Positions 9,739-20,446 of a stretch of DNA of 64,000 nucleotides are shown piece by piece. The notes beneath the pieces were generated by a model that saw nothing but the letters and a program-made list of their open reading frames with translations, was not told the origin of the DNA and did not search any database. Source of the stretch: Alphaproteobacteria bacterium (GTDB lineage Bacteria > Pseudomonadota > Alphaproteobacteria > MPNO01 > UBA830); contig OZ219791.1 of NCBI GenBank assembly GCA_964291215.2, positions 1,024,001 to 1,088,000 on the forward strand, given 5' to 3'. Each line of letters begins with the position of its first letter. Position 1 is the first letter of the stretch. A program made the translations under genes and the position numbers.

Positions 9739-10824
9739 ATGGCGACAGCGACCAACCAATACAGCCCGGACTATGCGGTTCCGCCCGGATGGATTCTCGA
9801 GGAGCGCCTTGATGTCGAGGGGATTTCGCAGGCAGAATTCGCGCGTCGATGCGGTCGTTCTCCAAAGCTGATCAGCGAGATCATCTCGGGTCAGGCTCCG
9901 CTGGAACCGGAAACCGCGCTGCAATTTGAAAAGGTACTTGGCGTCGATGCCGGCGTCTGGCTCGGGATCGAGGCCGACTACCGGCTTCACCGGGCTCGGG
10001 AGGCCGAAGCCGGTGACGCCGCGGCTTCAGCAGAATGGGTCAAGGCTTTCCCCGTCCGGGACCTGGTAAAGCGAGGCTGCTTCCAGCGTCCGGAATCCGA
10101 TGTCGACGCCGTAGCGAAGTTGCTTGCGTTCTTCCGTGTGGGTTCAGTCGATGCCTGGACTGCTCGCTACGGCCTCGCCAATATTGCCTATCGCCACTCC
10201 CGGACCTTCAGGAGCGACGAGGCTGCACTGGCTACTTGGCTCCGACTCGGTGAGATCGAAGCCGAACTGCAGGAGTGCGCGGACTACGGCGAAAGCCGCT
10301 TCAGGCGCGCGGTTCGGACTATCCGCGGCCTGACGCGTGAAGAGATCGTTGAGGCGTTGCCGCAGACTGCAAGGCTATGCAATGAGGCAGGCGTTGCGCT
10401 GGCGCTGGTGAAGCCTTTGCCAAAAACGGCGCTCAGCGGTGCGGCCTGGTGGCTGTCCCCCAGGAAGGCCGTCATCCAACTGACTGCCCGGCACAAGACC
10501 GATGACCATCTGTGGTTCAGCTTCTTCCATGAAGCGGCGCATCTTCTGCTTCACAGCAAGAAAGGAGTTTTTGTCGACGAATCCAACGAAAACGGATCCG
10601 GGCTTGAAACGGAGGCCAATGATTGGGCATCCAATACGCTGATTCCCCAGCGCGCGTGGCAACAGTTTGTCGGGACTTCACCCTGCAGCGCGCATGCCGT
10701 AAGGGCATTCGCCGAGGAACAGGGCATAGCTCCCGGCATTGTCGTCGGCATGCTCCAGCACAAAGGGCTCCTTCCCTGGACGCATCTGAACGCTCTCAAA
10801 GTCCGGTTGGCCTGGAAGTCGTAG
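9739..10824 (+). CDS. higA: HigA-type HTH antitoxin fused to ImmA/IrrE (M78) Zn metallopeptidase
   Basis: AVPPGWILEE...SQAEFARR HTH; WFSFFHEAAH (HExxH) plus downstream E.EAN. Confidence 0.88.
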   Translation: MATATNQYSPDYAVPPGWILEERLDVEGISQAEFARRCGRSPKLISEIISGQAPLEPETALQFEKVLGVDAGVWLGIEADYRLHRAREAEAGDAAASAEWVKAFPVRDLVKRGCFQRPESDVDAVAKLLAFFRVGSVDAWTARYGLANIAYRHSRTFRSDEAALATWLRLGEIEAELQECADYGESRFRRAVRTIRGLTREEIVEALPQTARLCNEAGVALALVKPLPKTALSGAAWWLSPRKAVIQLTARHKTDDHLWFSFFHEAAHLLLHSKKGVFVDESNENGSGLETEANDWASNTLIPQRAWQQFVGTSPCSAHAVRAFAEEQGIAPGIVVGMLQHKGLLPWTHLNALKVRLAWKS

Positions 10825-10879
10825 CTGTGAGCGTCTCGGCACCGCCGCTTCGCTCCGGAAACCGCAGGCCCGGACTCGA

Positions 10880-11089
10880 TCAGCACACACGAGGCGGCAA
10901 AACCGTCTTGGCCGGGTCGACCACCGCGGTTGCGGTCAGTGCGTGCCTGAAAAGGGCCTGCTGAACGTCGAGGTTCATCAAGTCGTGCGCCACGTTGATG
11001 CAGCGCAGCCCGGGACGCATGGACTCGCACTCCGTCAACACCACGAAATCCGCCGTGTCCCGGGTCACCGCCCCGTATCGGTTTCACCT
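10880..11089 (-). pseudogene. 3' remnant of a probable DUF5615/PIN-like protein
   Basis: VTRD.ADF...PGL.CIN pattern; 5' end replaced by an IS end at 11090. Confidence 0.4.
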
Positions 11090-11436
11090 GTAAGCGTTCG
11101 TTCGTGCGGTGAGGTGTTGTTGTTTTCGTCCGTTTGACGGGCTTTTGTCAGGGAGTTCCAGCGTCACCCGGAGCGGTTTCGTGCACCGGGATGCGCGGTG
11201 AGGGGCACTGGCGCCATGCCGTGTTTTCCGCATTGGTTGCGGTTTTGTCCCGGCGCTGCGGAGGAGGAGCTGAGCGCCATCCTGTGCCGGTTGCAGGGGT
11301 CTGAGGGTCCGCTCCTTGCGGAGCGGGCCAGATGTCCTTCTTCGGCTTCTGTCATGTCGGTCGTAGCGGCCGCACCCCCCCTGGTTGTTCCGACGCGGAT
11401 CCGGCCCGCGGCCCGGCAGACGCCGCGGCGCGGGAC
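11090..11436 (-). mobile_element. IS66-type right end carrying the 3' end of a DUF4338 gene
   Basis: Terminal GTAAGCG; near-identical to 60291-60336 plus 63321-63615, and contains the empty site ttcgtccg of the 60337 IS66. Confidence 0.75.
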
Positions 11437-13134
11437 CTAGATCGAAGTTCCAAAAAATTCCGGTTGAAATTCACGTCAACTCATTGATGCAGCGTGGTTT
11501 ATCGGATTTTTCGTGCGTCAGAGTGTACCCATGTAATATTATGTTGGATGCTTGACATCCATGGATCTACCGCCTATAGCCATGTATATCGAATCCATCC
11601 CCAACCGCTCGTCCCCGCCCGCCATCCTGCTCCGCGAGTCCTGTCGCGAAGCCGGAACGGTCAAGAAGCGCACCCTCGCCAACCTTTCCAAGCCCGCTCT
11701 CATCGAGGGATTGCGCATTCTGCTCAAGGGAGGAACCGCAGGTCTCGACGACGCCTCGTCCGCTCTCTTCCCCATGTCGCCGCGGTGCTGGGAACCCTGA
11801 AGAAACTGGACCGGCGGATCGACCCGAAGCCTTCTCCCGAGCGCGATCAGGTTCTCGCCATGATCGTGGCACGCATCCTTGAGCCCGCCTCGAAGCTGGC
11901 CAGGGGGCTGGCGACAGCGGTCAGCGCCTTGGGTGAGATGCGGAGTTGGACGAGAATGCCCTCTACGGCTCCTGGAACGTCAGGAGAGGATCCCCTGGCG
12001 GCACCTCGAAGAGGGCTGCCTGGTGCTCCTGACTTCCGTGTGGATGGAGGGGAGGGCAGCCCCTTGGCCCAACGGGGTCATTCCCGGGATGGCAAGAAGG
12101 GCAAGCTGCAGATCGAGTTTGGCCTTCTGTGCGACCGGGACGGGTGTCGGTGCGGGTGTTCCCCGGCAACACCCGGCCACGGTGTCCTCACAGATCGCCA
12201 CGCTGCGGGAGCGGTTCTCCTTTGCGAAGGTGGTGGGGGACCGAGGCCCGCGAGGAGGTCAAGCCTGCGGGCCAGCGCCTTGAGGGGCATCCGTTCACTG
12301 GTGGAGGCGGGTGACGATGTCGCTCTTCGACGAGAGAGACCTGGTGGAGATCACCAGCGATGTGTATCCCGGCGAACGCCTCTGCCACAACCCGTTGCTG
12401 GCCGAGGACCGGGCCCGCGGGACCTGCTCGAGGCCACCGAGGCTCGCACCGATTGCCGCAGCGACGCGACAAGCGCCGGGAAGATCGGGGAGCGGAAGGT
12501 CATCGGCAGGATGGCGAAGCACTTCACGTGGTCCATCGACGATGACGGTGTCTTCACCTATGGGCGCGATGAGGCTGCGATCGCTGCCGAGGCTCCTCTA
12601 CGTGGTCCGCCTGCCGCAGAGCGAGCTCGACGGTCCCGGCACGGTGCACGCCTGCAAGCGGCTGAACTCCGTGGAACGAGCCTTCCGCAGCCTCAAGGAC
12701 CTCAAGGCCCCCGTCCCGTCTACCCGAGCCCCGGGCCCACGTCTTCCTGTGCATGCTCGCCTACTACATGGCACATGCGCCAAAAACTGAAGCCCCTGCT
12801 GTTCGACGACGAGGATGCCGGAGGCGGCCGTCCGTCGTGGCGCCGGCAGAGGTCTCGGCGAGCGCCCGGGCCAAGGCGGCAACCAGGAGAACGCCCGGGG
12901 TGGCACAGCTTCCGTACCCTCATCGATGATCTCGCGACCATCACCCGCAACACCGTGGCGCCCCGCCTTGCGGGCGCCGAACCCTTCCAGGTCACCACAC
13001 GGCCCACGCCGCTCCAGAGAAGGGCATTTCAAGCTCCTGGGCGTGAAGCCATAGTGTACCGAGACCGCTGAAATGTATCGAATGTCATTTCTATCAGATA
13101 CTTAGGTCTGATCGTCTCTGGAACTTCGGATTAG
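11437..13134 (+). mobile_element. IS1634-family element, degraded
   Basis: IRs ctagatcgaagttcc / ggaacttcggattag; MYIESIPNRSSPPAILLRES, GHSRDGKKGKLQIEFGLLCD, VERAFRSLK, HVFLCMLA. Confidence 0.88.
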
Positions 13135-13253
13135 CTAATCGGAGCCCGCACATCCGGTCATCGGCAGCGAGCGAGGGAAGGTGGCAAGAGAAGATGCCTG
13201 ATCCGAACGCCGTCAGGAAAAACGATTCGTGATCAGTAAGGGTGAGTAGATAC
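13135..13253 (+). mobile_element. Orphan IS66-type right end
   Basis: Ends gggtgagtagatac, as at 7841. Confidence 0.6.
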
Positions 13254-13467
13254 CTCGCTACTTGAGTTTGGCTGCGCAAGGACGGCGCATTGTGCATCAT
13301 CAGCCAGAGACATATGAACTTCTCCCGATACAAGCTGGCGTGCCCAAGCGCGCAAAGATGTTCTCCTCGCAGTACCGGGCAAGCGCGCCGTCCGACTTTG
13401 GATGGCAAGTCTTCTGCGCTATATTCGGCCCTGATGCCCTTACCGAATTTTTCTGGCACCTGGTCCC

Positions 13468-14745
13468 ATGTCGTATAGCCGAATTCTGCTGCAAATGTTC
13501 CTTGGTTGCGCGCTTGCGACACTCGCTGTGGTTTCCGGGTCGGCCCAGACGAGCCACCGTATTGCTGCCGTTGTCAATGACGACATGATTTCCGCCTATG
13601 ACCTCGATGCCCGCACTGGTCTCGTCATCTTCTTCGCGCGCATCGAAGACAGCTCCGATGTCCGCAGGCGCATCAGGGGTTCGGTTCTGCGCTCGCTGAT
13701 CGACGAGCGCCTGAAACTCCAGGAGGCTCGGCGGAGCGACATTTTCGTGAGCCAGGAGGAACTCGATCAGGAGTTGGCGGATTTTGCGCGGCGACAGAAT
13801 TTCTCGCGGGGTGCGCTGGAGAGAGTTCTCAAGGATCGGGGCATATCAGTGAACACGCTGCTGGCACAGTTAAGGGCCGAAATCGCATGGGCCAGGTTCG
13901 TCGGGCGCCGCTTTGCTCCGCGTGTCCAGATCGGCAACGAGGAAGTCCAGGACGAACTCGATCAACTCAAGGCTCGACAGGGCCAGACCGAGTATCGTCT
14001 GGCCGAAATCGTCCTCGCGGTCGACCGGCCTCGCGACGAGACGAGAATTCGCGAGGGAGCGGCCCGGCTTGGCGCCCAGATCCGGCGCGGTGCGCGGTTT
14101 CCTGCGCTTGCGCGGCAGTTCTCGCAGAGCGCTACCGCCGCTGTGGGTGGCGACCTTGGCTGGGTTAACCGGTCGGCGCTCGACGAAGAACTGCGCGTCA
14201 TCGTTCCGCGGATGGAGAGGGGCACGGTCTCGGATCCGATCAGGACCGCTGACGGCTACCGTATTGTTCGCCTGGTCGACAGAAGGAAGGTCGCCCAATC
14301 GGACGAGGATGACGTCGTCGTTTCGTTGCGCCGCCTGCTTCTGCCGTTGTCGGACGAACCCGGCGACGATGCCGCGCGCAAGCTGGCGGCACGGGCGCGG
14401 AACGTTTTCGAAGGCACGAACGGCTGCGACGATTTCGCCGGCCGGGCACAGGCGGCGGGGGCCCCTACGCCGTCCGGCGTCGCAAAGCTGACGTTGCGGG
14501 AACTGGCGGCCCCCATCCGCAGGATCGTCCGCGGCCTCAAAGTCGGCGCGGCGAGCGCGCCGCTGCCGGTACGCGAGGGTGTAGTCATTCTCGTGGTCTG
14601 CGCGCGCGAGACGACAGGACCAGACCGCGGCCTGCCCGATCGCGAAGCGGTTGCCGACCGCCTGCTTGAGCGGCGCCTCGCGCTTCTGGCCCGGCGGCAC
14701 CTGCGCGACGCCAGATTGTCGGCGGTCATCGACGTGCGCGGATGA
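13468..14745 (+). CDS. surA: Periplasmic chaperone/PPIase SurA
   Basis: Signal peptide, IAAVVND, LIDERLKLQEA, parvulin F..LARQFS...GGDLGW; upstream of pdxA. Confidence 0.9.
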   Translation: MSYSRILLQMFLGCALATLAVVSGSAQTSHRIAAVVNDDMISAYDLDARTGLVIFFARIEDSSDVRRRIRGSVLRSLIDERLKLQEARRSDIFVSQEELDQELADFARRQNFSRGALERVLKDRGISVNTLLAQLRAEIAWARFVGRRFAPRVQIGNEEVQDELDQLKARQGQTEYRLAEIVLAVDRPRDETRIREGAARLGAQIRRGARFPALARQFSQSATAAVGGDLGWVNRSALDEELRVIVPRMERGTVSDPIRTADGYRIVRLVDRRKVAQSDEDDVVVSLRRLLLPLSDEPGDDAARKLAARARNVFEGTNGCDDFAGRAQAAGAPTPSGVAKLTLRELAAPIRRIVRGLKVGAASAPLPVREGVVILVVCARETTGPDRGLPDREAVADRLLERRLALLARRHLRDARLSAVIDVRG

Positions 14746-14749
14746 TCCG

Positions 14750-15808
14750 GTGCCGGCCGATCTTCCACTGGCCGTCACCATGGGGGACCCGGCGGGAATC
14801 GGCGGCGAGATAGCGCTGAAGGCGTGGCGGGACCGGCGAGCCGACTTGCCATGCTTCTTCATGCTCGACGATGCGCGGCGTCTTCACCGCCTGGCCCGAC
14901 GGACCGGTCTCGATTGCCCCGTCGAGACGATCGGCTCGGCAGCCGAATCGGGCGGCGTCTTCGGCGACGCGCTGCCGGTCCTGCAGCTCAGCGGGGAGGT
15001 GAACTGCGAACCCGGTGGGGACAGCACATCCTGTGGCGCCCTGACGATCGAAGCAATCGACCGGGCCGTCGACGAGGTGATGGCGGGTCGCGCGGCAGGC
15101 ATGGTGACCAATCCAGTCACCAAGAGCAGTCTTTACGCGGCTGGTTTCCGATCTCCGGGCCACACCGAATATCTCGGAGAACGCGCCGGCCTCGATGGGC
15201 CGCCGGTGATGCTTCTCGCCGGACCCCGTCTGAGGGTCGTGCCGGTGACCGTCCACCTCGCGCTGTCGCAGGCAATCGAGGCGCTGACGGCGGAGGCGAT
15301 CGTCCATGCGCTTCGAACGACATGGCAGGCGATGAGTGAGGATTTCGGGATTGCGGATCCGCGAATCGCGGTTGCCGGTCTCAACCCCCATGCCGGCGAA
15401 GGCGGTCATCTGGGCCGTGAGGAAGCCGAGGTGATCGGGCCCGCGATCGCCAGCCTGCGCGCCGAAGGCGCCCGCGTCTTGGGCCCGCTGGCGAGCGATT
15501 CGATGTTCCACGAGGCGGCGCGGGATAGTTATGACGTCGCGGTGTGCATGTATCACGACCAAGCGCTGATCCCGCTCAAAACTCTGGATTTCGATGAAGG
15601 GGTGAACATCACGCTTGGGCTCCCGTTCGTGCGCACCTCCCCCGATCATGGCACCGCCTACAACATCGCCGGCACCGGAACCGCGAACCCGTCGAGCCTC
15701 GTGGCCGCGATACGGGCCGCTGCCGAAATCGCAGGATGCCGCCGCCGGCTTTCCCGACCGCGTGCGGGATCCGGGGCGGCAACCCGATGCCCTTCGGCGG
15801 CGTCCTGA
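14750..15808 (+). CDS. pdxA: 4-hydroxythreonine-4-phosphate dehydrogenase
   Basis: TMGDPAGIG, GHTEYL, GLNPHAGE, MYHDQ, RTSPDHGTA. Confidence 0.95.
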   Translation: MPADLPLAVTMGDPAGIGGEIALKAWRDRRADLPCFFMLDDARRLHRLARRTGLDCPVETIGSAAESGGVFGDALPVLQLSGEVNCEPGGDSTSCGALTIEAIDRAVDEVMAGRAAGMVTNPVTKSSLYAAGFRSPGHTEYLGERAGLDGPPVMLLAGPRLRVVPVTVHLALSQAIEALTAEAIVHALRTTWQAMSEDFGIADPRIAVAGLNPHAGEGGHLGREEAEVIGPAIASLRAEGARVLGPLASDSMFHEAARDSYDVAVCMYHDQALIPLKTLDFDEGVNITLGLPFVRTSPDHGTAYNIAGTGTANPSSLVAAIRAAAEIAGCRRRLSRPRAGSGAATRCPSAAS

Positions 15809-15861
15809 CTGGCAGGCCAGCGGCGCGCGATGCCGCTGGTCTGCCCTGACGGAACACGCCG

Positions 15862-16722
15862 TTGGCCGAGTTCCCGGCGATCATCGCCCTTCCGCCGCTA
15901 CGCGAAACCATCGCCGCGCACGGGCTCTCGGCGCGGAAGTCCCTTGGCCAGAATTTTCTCCTCGATCTTAATGTTGCCCGCCGCATTGCGCGCGCTGCGG
16001 GGCCCTTCGACGGGGTTTCGGTACTTGAGATCGGTCCGGGTCCGGGCGGGCTCACGCGGGCCCTGCTTGCTGAAGGCGTAGGACATGTCATCGCCGTCGA
16101 GAAAGACCGGCGCTGCATTGCCGCGCTCGCCGAGCTTGTTGCTGTGGCGGACGGCCGGCTCAAGATTGTCGAGGCCGACGCGCTCGCCGTTGATCCCGCG
16201 CAATGGGCCGGGGATTCGGGACGGCTGCGCGTTGTTGCCAATCTGCCCTACAACATTGCTACCGCTCTGCTTGTCCATTGGCTCGACATTGTCGGCATCT
16301 TCGACCGTCTGGTCCTGATGTTCCAGAAGGAGGTTGCCGACCGGATGGCCGCCGGGCCCGGGAGCCGGCGCTACGGGCGCCTTTCGGTCGCTGTGCAGTG
16401 GCGGTGTGATGTGCAGCGCCTGTTTGACCTGCCTCCGCAGGTCTTCGTGCCGCAGCCCGCGGTCCGCTCCTCGGTCGTGATGCTGACGCCGAGAAGCGCC
16501 GCGCTCGGCGCCGCTGATCCCGGGCTGTTCGGAGAGGTCGCCTCGGCAGCCTTCGGACAACGGCGGAAGATGTTGAGGTCCGCCCTCGGCGGCCTCTTTG
16601 CGTGTCCGGATGCGGCCCTGGAACGTTGCAGAATAGTTCGGGATGCCAGAGCTGAGAATCTCGAGGTGGAGGCGTTCAGCGCCCTGGCGCGGGTGCTCGA
16701 GGAGGAAAGGGCGGCGCGGTGA
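15862..16722 (+). CDS. rsmA: 16S rRNA dimethyladenosine transferase
   Basis: KSLGQNFL, EIGPGPG, ANLPYNI, FQKEVA, FGQRRKML. Confidence 0.95.
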   Translation: MAEFPAIIALPPLRETIAAHGLSARKSLGQNFLLDLNVARRIARAAGPFDGVSVLEIGPGPGGLTRALLAEGVGHVIAVEKDRRCIAALAELVAVADGRLKIVEADALAVDPAQWAGDSGRLRVVANLPYNIATALLVHWLDIVGIFDRLVLMFQKEVADRMAAGPGSRRYGRLSVAVQWRCDVQRLFDLPPQVFVPQPAVRSSVVMLTPRSAALGAADPGLFGEVASAAFGQRRKMLRSALGGLFACPDAALERCRIVRDARAENLEVEAFSALARVLEEERAAR

Positions 16723-16795
16723 TCCGAGTGGGAAGCGGTTTGACCTCGGTAATGGCCGCTGTCAGGTTCCGCCGCATGGAAAACGGGAAACGACC

Positions 16796-17854
16796 ATGAG
16801 CATTCTGCTGCTGAAACCCTCCGACCTCCAGGGACTCGTCGGGATGAAAGAAGCGATAGATGCGATCGAGCAGGGCTATCGCGAATCGACGGAGTTTCCG
16901 GTGATCAACGCGCCGCGGCGGCGGGTCCATTCGCCGGCCGGCGTACGCGTCTCGAACTTTCCCGGCGGCGTTCACGGACTTGGCGTCATGGGAGCGCAGG
17001 TACGCGCCGAGCTCGTCGTGCAAGAAGGGGCGAACCAGCGATATGCTCATCGCGAACGCCCGGTACACATCCTCCACGACTCGTCGACCGGGCGGATGCT
17101 TGCCATTCTATTTGGCGAGATCGACGAGAAGACCATTGGGCCGACGAGCCTGATGGCATTCCGCACGGCTGCGACCAGCGGCCTCGGATTCCGCCATCTT
17201 GTGCGCGAGGATGTGGAAACCGTAGGGCTCTTCGGAACCGCGGGTCAGGCGGCGAACCAGCTTTGGGCGCTGAAGACCGAGCGCGCAGGCATCCGGTCGG
17301 TAAAGGTCTACGGGCGCGATGCCGGCAGGCGGAACAAATTCGCCGAGACCTGGAGCGAGAAATTTGGCCTCAGCATCACCCCCATCGACGATCCTGACGA
17401 GGTCATCAAGGATGTTGACGTGGTGCTGTGCGCCACCAATACCAATGTCGAGCTGTTCGACGGCAACCGTCTCGTCGCGGGCCAGCACGTGACCGGAATT
17501 ATAGGTGGCAACAAGCAGCTCGTCCAGGGCGGATTCCTGCCCCGGCCGCGGCGCGAGATAGATGACAACACGGCAGTCCGGGCCGACATCATCGTGACCA
17601 ATCTCAAGGAGTCCATGGTTTCCGAGGAGCAGGGCGACCTCTACGGGCCGATCCACGCCGGCCTCATCGGAATCGACGACGTGTTCGAACTCGGCGATCT
17701 CGCGACCGGACGGCATCCGGGCCGGACTTCGGCGGATCAGATCACCTTTCACAAGAACAACAACGGGACCGGGTCGTCCGAGATGGCAATCGCCATGACA
17801 GCCTACCGGGCGGCCCTTGAACACGGGCGCGGCATCGAGATCGATCTCGACTGA
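16796..17854 (+). CDS. Ornithine cyclodeaminase/mu-crystallin family protein
   Basis: RTAATSG, Rossmann GLFGTAGQA, DVVLCAT, ELGDL..G..PGR...QIT. Confidence 0.85.
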   Translation: MSILLLKPSDLQGLVGMKEAIDAIEQGYRESTEFPVINAPRRRVHSPAGVRVSNFPGGVHGLGVMGAQVRAELVVQEGANQRYAHRERPVHILHDSSTGRMLAILFGEIDEKTIGPTSLMAFRTAATSGLGFRHLVREDVETVGLFGTAGQAANQLWALKTERAGIRSVKVYGRDAGRRNKFAETWSEKFGLSITPIDDPDEVIKDVDVVLCATNTNVELFDGNRLVAGQHVTGIIGGNKQLVQGGFLPRPRREIDDNTAVRADIIVTNLKESMVSEEQGDLYGPIHAGLIGIDDVFELGDLATGRHPGRTSADQITFHKNNNGTGSSEMAIAMTAYRAALEHGRGIEIDLD

Positions 17855-17960
17855 TTGTTCCGTTCGGAAACCTCCCGGGATGTCCTCGGTCCGGCCGGCC
17901 GCGGCGCCGGCACGGATGAAGCCAGGCCCGGCGCGCGGGTGCTGATCCAAGGGGCTCGAC

Positions 17961-18701
17961 ATGACGATCGATCTCGATATCACTTGGGCTGAGGCAGCCA
18001 TCATTGCCGCGACGGCCTTCGTCGCTGGCGTGATGCGAGGGTTTTCCGGTTTCGGGTCGGCCCTGACCATCGTTCCGGTCACTGCTGCCGTGGTCGGGCC
18101 TCTGGTTGCGGTGCCGGCGGTGGTGGTGATGCACATCGCGACCAGCGGCCAGCTGCTTCCAAGTGCCCTTCGCGCTGCCGATTGGGGCCGTGTCTGGCCG
18201 TTGTCGATATCCGGCGTAATTGGGGTCCCTGCGGGCGCGTGGCTCCTGGTATCGCAGGATCCGGAACACCTGCGGCGCGGCATATCGCTGCTGATTATCG
18301 TGTTTGCGCTCCTGATGCTGCGGGGCTGGCGTTACCGGGGCCGGATCACCTACTGGGTCACGACCGCGGTAGGTGGCTTCGGAGGCGTGGTTTCTGGCGC
18401 GGCCATGATCGGCGGGCCGCCGGTGATTATGTTTCTGCTCGCGGGCCCCCACCAAGCGGCGCAGAACCGCGGTACCATCATCCTGTATTTTCAGTTTACC
18501 CAACTCGCCGCCTTCGCCATATACTGGTACGAGGGCCTTCTGCTGTGGGTGGTCCTGTGGGTCGCCCTGCTCACCGCCCCGACGCTGATGGTCGGCATGT
18601 GGTTCGGCCAGTGGCTGTTCAGCCGGGCTTCGGAGGCCGTGTTCAGGCGCGTCGCGCTGTTTTTCCTCCTGGCGGTCGGCGTGACCACGTTCTTCGCTTA
18701 G
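17961..18701 (+). CDS. Sulfite exporter TauE/SafE family membrane protein
   Basis: GVMRGFSGFG and GGPP motifs; about 8 TM helices. Confidence 0.88.
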   Translation: MTIDLDITWAEAAIIAATAFVAGVMRGFSGFGSALTIVPVTAAVVGPLVAVPAVVVMHIATSGQLLPSALRAADWGRVWPLSISGVIGVPAGAWLLVSQDPEHLRRGISLLIIVFALLMLRGWRYRGRITYWVTTAVGGFGGVVSGAAMIGGPPVIMFLLAGPHQAAQNRGTIILYFQFTQLAAFAIYWYEGLLLWVVLWVALLTAPTLMVGMWFGQWLFSRASEAVFRRVALFFLLAVGVTTFFA

Positions 18702-19151
18702 CCGGCGGCTGATCGTGGAAACCGGCGGTCGGGTCCGCCTGCCGGAGTGGTTTCACCGGGAGATCGAGTGCGATCATGTGGTGCTGATCCCGCGGTAGCG
18801 TTGAATCTCGGTGACCGGGGTGGTCCGGACGGCAGGTTTGCAACTGTCGGGACAGTTTCATGATGCGAATCAGCTGTTCGTAAAGGCAACGGGGATCGCT
18901 GGCGCCAGCGCAATGGCGACAAGGCTCCCGGTTTCTTCCAAATGGGCAGAGGAGTCTCACGCTAAATTCTGTTTGTTTTTTTCAAGGCAGTACCTAGGTG
19001 TTGCGGGGGCGCGGGTTGGTGCGAGGAGATTTTTTACAGTTTTCGCTGGCTTTCCTGCACTGGAGTTGTCATAGTGCGGGGATGTCGGTTCACAAGCACA
19101 TCGCGTCCTGTCCGATACACGTCGCAGCTCCGGAAGGGTTTCGCCTGTCCG

Positions 19152-20446
19152 AGCATCCATGTTTCTTGGCAAGGTTTTTGCGGGTGTCTGTGGTGATGTT
19201 TTCTGTGGTTGTCCACAAGCGGTGTGGGATTTGCTCTGCGAGCGAGGCGACATGAAGCTTGTGGTCCCGGCGGCGGGTTGTCGTCCATTGGTCACGTGAA
19301 CGCGGCTACCTTGCCGTCCCCGGGCATGGTAACGTGACCGTCGTCAAGACAGTCCCGATCGCGGCGCTGCCTCTCGGCAGGGGTGAGGGCCATGAGGGTG
19401 GTCTCCTTCGCTCACTCACCGTGCCGGTGCTTCAGGCGCCCAGCAACGCTGCTGTCGCAGCAAGGTGTTCGCCAGAGCTTGCGCATCACGGCGACAATCG
19501 CGACCTTGCTTGCCGGCAGTCTTGAGGCGCACCAGGTCCGCGTTGAAGCGTGCCGGTTGCGGCCATGAACAGGAGATCGCGTGGCCTTCGGCGCCCGCCA
19601 CGGATGTGCCGAGCACCGTGGTCGTTGGCGCCACCCAGATCAAGGCTGCCGACGCTGCCGAGTTCGGGCATCCAGCAAAGAAAAGCCGCGGCGGTCACCG
19701 GATCGAGGTCAGGATGGCGTACCTCTGCTCGGGATCACCGGCGATCACCGCTTTGATCGCCGCGCCGGCAATGCGGTCATCGAGATCGGCCGCCGAGGCC
19801 CTTGTGACGGTCTCGCCATCCACCTCATCTGCCACCTGCTTGGCGTCGACAAGCGCGGCACCAAGAGATCCTCCAGGCTCTTGAGGAAGGCATCCTGAGG
19901 GGCCACAGGCTCGAGATCGCCCAGCCGATCTTGGCGTCGACGCGGTTGGCCCTTCGCCTCGGCGAAGCCCGCAACGGGTTGACGAGAATAACCTCGAAGC
20001 CCCGGTCATGAAGACACTGGTGAACCTTGCGGTGATAGCGGCCTGTCGCCCACCACCCGGCTCACCCCGAGGCCGCGAAGCCACTTGCCCGCCAGCTCGT
20101 GGCGTCGTTCGCAAAACAATGCGCCAGATGTCCAGACTGGCTGACCCCTGCTACTACCTTGACCATCGTCCCTTGTTCCTCGCCTTACGATGATACGGGT
20201 TCAAACCCAGGCATCCCCACAGCGAGGGACGTCAAGGGAGGTTGGCCGACCAAACTCGGTCGCGGCTCTGTCAAGGTCGAAACGGCAACCTCCGCGGAGA
20301 TCGTTTGATCCCCTGTGCGTGTTCGCTCAGGGGAGCGGAATCTCTCTGCAACCATAAACCGGACGCTCTCCCACAGATCCACATTTTCCCGCCCCAACTG
20401 CTGTGGATGATTTCATCATCAAGGGGACAAAACCTAGTCATATAAG
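19152..20446 (-). mobile_element. IS110-family element copy A (degraded)
   Basis: No TIR; CT core at both ends; removal restores the host frame (LSEVEVRE); highly similar to copy B. Confidence 0.88.
20170..20345 (-). ncRNA. Predicted IS110 bridge RNA (copy A)
   Basis: Non-coding left end with a 5' hairpin and two loops; guide tttcgacct (20274-20282) matches target cctcaacct allowing G-U/G-T wobbles. Confidence 0.65.

Noticed and set aside
11494-13071. 525-aa ORF as an intact IS1634 transposase
   Set aside because: Transposase motifs are scattered over three frames; the long ORF is a GC-rich mosaic.
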